64,000 nt of DNA, taken from a virus. Taxonomy: Duplodnaviria > Heunggongvirae > Uroviricota > Caudoviricetes. How positions within the stretch are numbered: position 1 is the first letter of the stretch; every line of letters starts with the position of its first letter. The stretch lies in the IMG/VR virus record IMGVR_UViG_2778261375_000003. One strand, 5' to 3'. The position numbers and the translations under genes are program-made. Positions 63,725 through 64,000 of this stretch are shown piece by piece. The notes under the pieces are model-generated. The model worked only from the letters and a program-made list of their open reading frames with translations. It was not told the origin of the DNA and did no database searches.

Positions 63725-64000
63725 TTAAAAATCACCGTACTCCTGTGCAGGTCGCCAGAAACCATCTATAAAATCCTCAATCGGAAAACAACCGCCATGG
63801 CGGATCCGTTGATCGCTCATAGAATAAAGACACTGCTGTTCCGTGTTGTAGACATCCACAACAATATCTTCACAACCGCCATCCAGGTAGCAAACAAAAA
63901 GTACCAGCGCGAACATTTCATCCCCGAAGTGTGGTGCCGTACCGTTAAGTTTAGGAGAGATTTTACAACGGGGGAATAACCAGGACAAATAACCCGCCAT
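63725..64000 (-). CDS. 3' part of an unidentified ORF truncated by the window end
   Basis: open frame running off the right edge. Confidence 0.3.
   Translation of the reverse strand: MAGYLSWLFPRCKISPKLNGTAPHFGDEMFALVLFVCYLDGGCEDIVVDVYNTEQQCLYSMSDQRIRHGGCFPIEDFIDGFWRPAQEYGDF

Overview
This window reads as roughly two thirds of a P1-like temperate phage or phage-plasmid genome from an enterobacterial host. Directly visible hallmarks are a perfect 34-bp loxP site next to a Cre-like recombinase, a C1-type repressor and coi flanked by many copies of a 17-bp operator (ATTGCTCTAATAAATTT-like) that recur in front of ref, cra, lpa, ssb and other genes, and a pac site of 4+3 TGATCA/G hexamers inside pacA. 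Also present are phd-doc, a LexA-boxed humD, hot, a DnaB-like helicase (ban), three tRNAs (Asn-GTT, Thr-TGT, CAT), the giant methyltransferase-helicase DarB, portal and protease, a SAR-type endolysin, ssb, the darA-hdf-lydB-lydA block, and a Cin invertase with an invertible tail-fibre cassette. Gene names are assigned from protein features plus synteny recalled from phage P1; no database search was possible. Against that remembered P1 layout, four loci look non-canonical. (1) Between mat and lxc, where P1 carries the res-mod type III restriction-modification genes, there is a single markedly AT-rich 346-aa gene of unknown function; this is the strongest candidate for an undescribed defence or accessory function. 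(2) An NmpC/OmpC-like porin gene with an AT-rich upstream island and a perfect CRP-type palindrome sits after ssb. (3) An operator-controlled small ORF and antirepressor-like gene lie between pacB and c1. (4) The invertible cassette has no tail-fibre constant region and is bounded on the far side by a second, Pin-like invertase followed by a PrpA-like phosphatase, suggesting a recombination or assembly junction. A family of repeated hairpin modules surrounds the tRNA-Asn/Thr pair.
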